Part shown: piece by piece, positions 36,976-43,409 of the stretch | Position numbering within the stretch: position 1 is the stretch's first letter | How the letters are laid out: every line of letters begins with the position of its first letter | NCBI GenBank assembly: GCA_963575745.1 | Contig: CAUYUJ010000259.1 | Location: forward strand, 620,001 to 663,409 | Reading direction: 5' to 3' | Length of the DNA stretch: 43,409 nucleotides | DNA from: Prorocentrum cordatum | Lineage: Eukaryota | Notes under the pieces: model-generated | Told to the model about the DNA's origin: nothing | Seen by the model: the letters and a program-made list of their open reading frames with translations, nothing else | Database searches by the model: none | Translations under genes and position numbers: made by a program

Positions 36976-37299
36976 GACCGCTTCTCCATCCTCCTGGTCA
37001 CTCTTCCTCCTGCTCCTGCTTGTCGCCCGCCCTCCTCCTTGTCCATATCCCTCTTGCTTCTGCTCTTCCTCCTTGTCAATCTTCCTCCTGCACCCCCATC
37101 CGCCCCAGGACGGCGCGCCCTGAGCCGCGGGGCGACCGCGTCGGCGACGGCGCCGACATCCATATACATTTGCGCGGCCTCTCGCGCCAGAATAGAGGCG
37201 GTACGGGTTAAGGGGACTCTGATTGACTGTGGCCCCTTCATTGCAGGGGCGCGCGCGGCTGCCCCTGGCAGAGGGGACGGGCGATCACGAAACCGATTA

Positions 37300-37490
37300 T
37301 CTTAAGGGGAAATTCTCTTTGGAGAATTCTCTTAAGAGAATTCTCTCTTAAGAGAATTCTCTTAAGAGAATTCTCTTAAGAGAATTGCGTGGATGTCTCA
37401 GGCAAAACCAACAATTCTCTTAAGAGAATTCTCTTAAGAGAATTCTCTTAAGAGAATTCTCTTAAGAGAATTCTCTTAAGAGAATCTCTC
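37300..37490. repeat. Self-complementary 14-bp tandem array (AATTCTCTTAAGAG)n split by a 26-bp spacer
   Basis: Overlapping palindromes GAGAATTCTC and CTCTTAAGAG. The spacer is 37387-37412 (GCGTGGATGTCTCAGGCAAAACCAAC). Confidence 0.95.
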
Positions 37491-38283
37491 TCGTAAAGGT
37501 CGCTTGCAGTGCACCCCCCCTCGCTGCATGGGGGCCAGACGAGCCCCGCTGAGGGGCGAAACGCCCCTGGCTGAGGGTGGGGGGGGGAGGGGGCGGGGCT
37601 GGGCCGTATCTGACGGGCCCCCTAGGGGGGTTGGGGGGCGCGGTGTTCCTGATTGAGGGGGGCCCCTGAAACATCTTTGACGGGCCCCTTGCGGAGGGGC
37701 ACCGCCGTCCTTCACTGAGGGTGAGCCCCTTTAATGAGGGGGGGCAGTGTGAGCAGGGGCAGCAGGGGGGAGCAGTAGCATTGCATCATGGGTGAGTCGT
37801 TCGGGCCCCTGTGCTTGCCTGCCGCGCAAAGCAATCCAGAGAGGGGGGTGCCCCTTTTTGAGGGGGCGCGCACCCCTTACTGAGGGGGAGGCCCTGGCAC
37901 ATCCCCTCCCCCCCCCCGCCTCACCGCTGATGAGGTAGCACCCCTTCTCTTCGAGGGGGAGGAGGCGACCGCGTGGGTTGCGAGCCCCTTCGAGGGGAGA
38001 GAAACGAACCCCTGGCTGAGGGGAAGGCTCGACGATACTGAAATGTACCACCACACACGCCACACCCACAGCACCACACCACACCCACACGCACCACTGA
38101 AGTGCGCGGGGAAGGCCCCCGACGATCTACTTGCCATTCGCAGGCGTTTCGGCTGCCGCAGGGCATTTCGATTTTGCTGCTGTATCCCAAATTTCAGGGG
38201 TCAGTCCCGCGGCAGCCATGCCCGCCCCAGGAGTAGTCTCTCCTCTGCTCCTGCTGGGCACTCTCCTCACACCGTTGTGCAGC

Positions 38284-39557
38284 ATGGCGCCGAAGAAGAA
38301 GATCGAGGGCCAGGGCGCACCAGCGGCGAAGAAGTCGAAGGCGGCCCCGAAGGGGCACGGGCTCGACAAGCAGGAGGCCGACAAGATGAGGGCGTGGCTC
38401 AAGTACCAGTCGGAGAAGAAGGACGGCAGCGGGAAACCTACGAGCACAGCAGAATCCGCCAGAGCAGCCCAGGCGCTTTGGAACGGGATGAAGGACCCAG
38501 CCGATCGGAAGCGTTTCTTGCAGACCTTCGCGAGTGACAAGGATAAGACACTTGACTGGTTGGCCACCTTCGAAGAGAGATGCACGAATGAAGAGGTGCA
38601 CGCGCGCTCTGCCAAGAAAGGGTACCGGAATGTATCGCAGGCACTGGCCCTCAAGAACCTCACCATCAAAGACTTTGCGAACATCCAGGAAGCCACTGCC
38701 TTCGTGCAGGAATGGTGGGAGGAGAACAGCGAAGAGCATGGCACCAAAGAAGAATTCCCCATCAAGGAAGATGTCAAGGACAGGCCTCTGTGGAAGGAGT
38801 GGTACTTCGTCGAGCGCAACATGGACGATGACCAGCTGGTGACGAAGGACTCGCGCACCTTCAAGGGGACGTCCAACCTGAAGAACCTGAAGCAACTCGA
38901 AGCTGCAGGCATCAGGATGGCCGAGCTCCCGTCGTCCAGCGCTTCGGGGTCGGGTGGGGGCGGCGAGGTGAAGATCGAGAATCCGCACTGGCCAGAGATC
39001 GTGAGTAAGAAGGACGAGATCGCGCGCCGTCCTCGGCAGCCGCCCCCTGCCCTTCCATCTCTGGTGCTCTGCCAGACCCCTCCCAGAGGGGGGCCCTCTC
39101 CCCCGCCACGCCCCCGCCGCCCCTCCTGGAGGGGATGGCGATAGAAACTGTTCGTATCCGTTCTGTCGTGCGTTGTTTGCGTTGAAAAGCATGTCGGCGC
39201 ATTGCTTGTTTATGATCCCTACCAAGGCAAATGCTGGTCAAGTATCAGAAGGAGCTGAAGTTCCTAAAGCACACGAAGAATCAGTTGCTCGCGAAGGCTG
39301 GGGATCAGGATCAGAAGGACCGTCAGAGCTTCCAGAACTGGGCCGATGAGTGCAAGAAGTGCGTGGACAATGCGGACCAGCACGAGACGGCGATGGAGGT
39401 TCTGATTGCGAAAATTGAGGGCGCTGATTCTGTCGGCAAGGACACGGACATGTACGATAAGCTGAAGAATGAGGTCCAGGCCGCCTACAACACACACGAG
39501 CACATGTACGAGGGCATTCAGCTCTCGGTCAAGCGCTTCAAGAAGTTCCTCAATTGA
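38284..39557 (+). CDS. Two-exon hypothetical cargo protein with an N-terminal NLS-like MAPKKK and helical C-terminus
   Basis: Exon 1 runs from 38284 to ~39023 and exon 2 from 39227 to 39557 (acceptor ccaag|g). The donor position is approximate. Confidence 0.7.
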
Positions 39558-39987
39558 GCTGCGGCCCTACATCTACATCTACATATCAGTATTTACATGC
39601 ATATATGCAGTAGGGTTTGAGATGCTCTGCCTCGCCCGACGACGCGCATGCAGCGCTGCCTTTCCGACGCCCGTGGGAAAACGAGAACTTGCCGCTTCCT
39701 CTGCCAGGGGTGCCCCTTCGTGAGGGGCCGCGTGTTTCTGGGTTTGCCAGTAAAGAAGCCCCCCTCATCGCAGGGGCGCGGGGGGAGGGGGGGGCGGGGG
39801 GGAGGGGGGCTTGGTATCATCAGGAGGGGAGTAGCAGGAGGGGAGGGGCATGAAAGGGATTGAAGGAGGGCGCGGAGGAGGGGCGCGGGAAAGGGCAAGG
39901 GCCCCTTGCCTCATCCGCGCATGTCCGTAGCCACTGCAGTGGCTCAAGGCCGCCGCGCTCGCGCCTGTCTCCCGCGGGCCCCGCGGG

Positions 39988-41866
39988 ATGCTTTCCAGGC
40001 GGCGGTTGCCTTATGACAGGTTGGGCTTGCCGCCGGAGAGGCGGCTGAGAGCGAACGTGCAGGACCTGATAAGCAGCAACGTGGTCAGCGGGCAGCGCGG
40101 CGCTCAGCTGATCAATGACTGCGTCTCTGCATCTGCGACAGGTCTCTCCGACCTGCACACTACGGAGTCAACGTCGGGCATGAAAAACGCTGCCAGGAAG
40201 TTCAGGCGGGATTTCTTCAGGAAAGGGTGGCCTCCGCTCTATCACTGCCAGGTGAGGGGCTGGGACCCCAAGTCTGAAACAGAACAACTGATGGACTTAG
40301 CGATGATGCTTCCTCACGAAATACTTCATCAACTTCATCATTTTGGCGAGCGGAGCGTGCTACTGGAGACGTCGAGTCTCGACGGCGTGTCTCTGCGCCA
40401 CGTGCAAAGAGCCAGGGCGGAGAGTGGTTGCAACGACCTGGTGGCCCTGGGCGTGTGGCAGGACGGGGTCCCTTGCTTTTGGGACCGATCGATGAGCGCA
40501 GAGATCATCAGCCTCATGTTGCCAGGGGCTGCGGGGCGCTGGAAAAACCTGCGGGTCCCAATCACAGCGTTCCTCAAAGAGCACGTGGGCCCCAACACAT
40601 TTGATGATGTTTTTGCAGTGGTGCAGTGGAGCTTTGTTCACTTGGCTGCGAAGCGCTGGCCGGCGGCACGGCACGACGGCTCTCCCTTCGGCGCGCAGGA
40701 CGCCTGGAGGAAGCGCCGACAAGTGGCCGATGCAACCCTACCAATTGGCGGAGTGCTTTGCCAGATCAAAGGGGACTGGAAGATGATGAAGGAGGTGCTC
40801 AAGCTACCTGGCTGGCAAGATGACGAAGTATGCTTCCTGTGCAACATCAAGAAGGACGAGGCCATGGGAGCGCAACACATCAGGGGAGGAAGGAAATCCC
40901 CTCTGGGAGGGGGTGCGTCGTCGTCGTTTTGCGGCCCCTTCAGGGGGGGTGGAGGAGGAGGGGGAGGAGGGGTGGAGGAGGAGGAGGAGGAGGAGGAGGA
41001 GGAGGAGTGTTTTTGGCTACTCCCCGCAGGTGAAATCGCAGACTGGGAGAGACGCGCCGTGGAGAACGCACCGACGCACATGGCCAGAAGTCCTTGCGAA
41101 GATTATCGTTTCAGGCGAGCAGGTGTGCCCTCTCTTCCAAGTGCCGTATGCGAACGAAAAGTTGCTGAAGCTAGATTGGTTACACGTTGTTGATCTTGGA
41201 GTAGCGGCTGACTTCATAGGGGGTTTGCTATGGTATCTTGTAACGCACAAAAAGGTGGCTGGAACTACCCAGAAAGGCCGCGTCTCCACACTACATGGTC
41301 ATTTGATGGCGTTCTACGACAGGCAGCCGCCAGGTGAGAAGACCAGCCGCCTATCGAGACTGACGCGGGGCGTTGTGAAAGGAAAAAAAGCAACGACGGC
41401 TAAGATGAGGTGCGGCGCGGGGATGCTCAGGCACATGGTTCCATGGGCATTGGAGATGGCGGAGGCTTTCCTTGATAGGAGGAATGGCGTCGACGAGCGG
41501 GCAGCTGTAGAATCGTCCATTCACGCAGGGATGAAAAGCTTATGTCGGTGTTACGAGGCACTCTCTGACAATCACCCATTTGCTGTGGACATTCTTAGAG
41601 AGCATTCGAGTAAGTTTGCCACGCAGACGGCCGCTTTGCAAGACGCGCTTCCTGCCCATTTGAAAGTGAAGCCTAAAATGCACATGTTTCTGGAGCTGTG
41701 CATGGGCGGCGGTGAACCAGCGAAGCACTGGAACTATAGGGATGAGGATTTCGGTGGATCTGTAGCTGCATTTGGCCGAAGGAGGGGCCAAAGGAGGTCC
41801 ATGAGAGCGTTTTCGGTGGCATGCATCTCTAAGTTCTGCGGCCAGCCGATTGTGCGCATGCTTTGA
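39988..41866 (+). CDS. CACTA/CMC-like DDE transposase, two exons, apparently intact
   Basis: A phase-0 GC-AG intron at 40861-41029 joins ORFs 39988 and 40820 (..KKDE|VKSQT..). Motifs VWQDG, KGDW, CFLC, LDWLH, KPKMH and WNYRDE are in the CMC order. Confidence 0.8.
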
Positions 41867-42051
41867 AAAGAACGCTTCTGTGTGTATCGTTGTCATTCAT
41901 TGCTGTCGGCTCAAATATATGTTGGACCCCTCCCAGTGGGGTGAGCGCGAGCATGGGCGCTGAAGCCCCGTTTGCCCCAAAACGGCGGGTCGAACTATTT
42001 TCGGCGCGCCCGAACTATAGATCGACCCGCAGAAAAGTATAACCCCCGCAT

Positions 42052-42095
42052 TATAGTTCGACCCCGCACTATAGATCGACCTTGGAGTCTCAAGG
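42052..42095 (-). repeat. Right TIR of element B
   Basis: Exact reverse complement of 32759-32802. Confidence 0.97.
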
Positions 42096-43009
42096 GGGTC
42101 CCTCGCCGGTGCCGCGTTCCGGGTCCCGGGTCGGGGGTGCGTCGCGCGGGTCCCGGGCCCCGGGTCCCGAGTCCCGCGCCACGCGCCGGTCCCGGGTGGT
42201 CCCGGGTCCCGGGTCCCGCGCCGGTCCCAGGTCCCGCGCTGGTCCCGGATCCTGGTCGCGGGTTCCGCGCCGGTCCCGGGTCCCGCGGGTCTCGCGCCAG
42301 TCCCGGGTCCCGGGGTCCGCGCCGGTCCCGAGTCCCGGGTCCCGCGCCGATCCCGGGTCCCAGATCCCGCGCCGCAAGGTCGCGGGTCCCGGGTCGCGCG
42401 CCGGTTCCGAGTCGCGGGCCCTGAGTCCCGGCCTCTGCGCCGGTCCCGGGTCCCAAGTCTCCCGGGTCCCGCGCCGGTCCCGGGTCCGGGGTTCCGCGCC
42501 GGTCCCGGGTCCCGGGTCTCGCGCCGGTCCCGGGTCCCGGGGTCCCGCGCCGGTGCCGCGTCCCGGGTCTCGCGCCGGTCCCGGGTCGGGGGTGCCGGGT
42601 CGCGCGCCGGTTCCGGGTCCTGGGTCCCGGGTTCCGCGCTGGTCCTGCGCCGGTTCCGGGTCCCGGATCGCGCGCCGCAAGGTCGCGGGTCCCGGGTCGC
42701 GCGCCGGTCCCGAGTCGCGGGCCTGAGTCCCGGGTTCTGCGCCGGTTCCGGGTTCCAAGTCCCCCGGGTCCCGCGCCGGTCCCGGGTCCGGGGTTCCGCG
42801 CCGGTCCCGGGTCCCGGGTCTCGCGTCGGTCCCGTGTCCCGAGGTTCCGCGCCGGTGCCGCGTCCCGGGTCCTGCGCCGGTCCTGGGTCGGGGGTGCCGG
42901 GTCGCGCGCTGGTCCCGAGTCCTGGGTCCCGGGTCCCGGGTCCCGCGCCGGTCCCGCGCCGGTCCCGGGTCCCGAGTCCCGCGCCGGTCCCGGGGCCCGG
43001 GTCCCGCGC
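42096..43009. repeat. 25-bp GC-rich satellite, block 3, with a ~303-bp higher-order duplication
   Basis: Same unit as blocks 1 and 2. The variant GCCGCAAGGTCGCGGG occurs at ~42371 and ~42674. Confidence 0.92.
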
Positions 43010-43409
43010 CTACTTGGATGGCCGCGGCGGCTGCTAGGTGGTTAGCGCGGATACTAAGGGGTTAGAGGATTTAGTATGTACGTGCAAGTGAGTTGTAAGT
43101 AGGTTATAAGTGTTGTAAGTCGGATGTAAGTTGTATAACCAGCTACAACTGGTTAGTAGGAGATACTAACCACTTATAGCTGGAGACTAACCTTGCTAAG
43201 TCTCTAGTAGAGGTTAGCTCGCTCCAGTAACCACTTACTAACCACTTAGTAACCAAATAGTAAGTCCGCTAGCTAGCTTACTTACTAAGTGGCTAGCGGA
43301 CTTACTAAGTGGTCAGCGGACTCTGAGAAGGAGAAGGAGGAGGAGGAAGAGGAGGAGGAGGAGGAGGAAGAGGAGGGGGAGAGAGGAGGAGGAGGAGAAG
43401 GAGGAGGAG
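43010..43409 (+). mobile_element. Probable left end of a third element (C) related to element A, truncated by the window edge
   Basis: Abrupt switch from satellite to AT-rich TAAG/GTTAG/ACTAA-rich sequence. The 18-mer AGTTGTAAGTAGGTTATA at 43091 is identical to 15900 in the subterminal region of element A. Confidence 0.6.

Larger units (their letters stand above)
32759..42095 (+). mobile_element. Element B: 9.3-kb cargo-carrying CACTA/CMC-like DNA transposon
   Basis: Perfect 44-bp TIRs at 32759-32802 and 42052-42095, with a GG 2-bp TSD. Removing the element restores the satellite (ggtctcGGgtccc). Subterminal GGTCGANCTATA repeats occur in both orientations, and the spliced transposase is intact. 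Confidence 0.92.

Noticed and set aside
15866..42095. Polinton/Maverick, virophage or endogenous giant virus
   Set aside because: No protein-primed DNA polymerase, retroviral-type integrase, packaging ATPase or capsid motifs were recognised, and the TSDs are 2 bp rather than 6 bp.
41972..43037. Pro/Gly/Arg-rich collagen-like or viral-like ORFs (also at 15398-15895 and 32514-32837)
   Set aside because: Translations of the 25-bp satellite.

Overview
GC-rich eukaryotic genomic DNA, probably from a dinoflagellate. This is inferred from GC-AG and GA-AG introns with AG|G junctions, the repeat landscape and the absence of operons. No conserved housekeeping gene, RNA gene or CRISPR array was found. 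The first 11.4 kb is microsatellite, minisatellite and decayed repeat. A 3.5-kb foldback element at 11482-14962 has inverted arms made of 89-bp tandem repeats. From 15.6 kb onward, a 25-bp GC-rich satellite (CCCGCGCCGGT-CCCGGGT-CCCGGGT) is split by large cargo-carrying DNA transposons. Element A (~15866-32530, 16.7 kb) and element B (32759-42095, 9.3 kb, perfect 44-bp TIRs, GG target duplication) are complete, and the left end of a probable third element C starts at ~43010. A and B each end in a CACTA/CMC-like DDE transposase gene and carry several spliced cargo genes, including a ParB/Srx-like protein in A. Each also has, almost exactly at its midpoint, a tandem array of palindromes split by one short unique spacer. 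Element B carries at least 19 dispersed copies of CCCCT-N4-GAGGGG in its non-coding DNA and introns. Most ORFs in the supplied track are repeat or GC-content artefacts.
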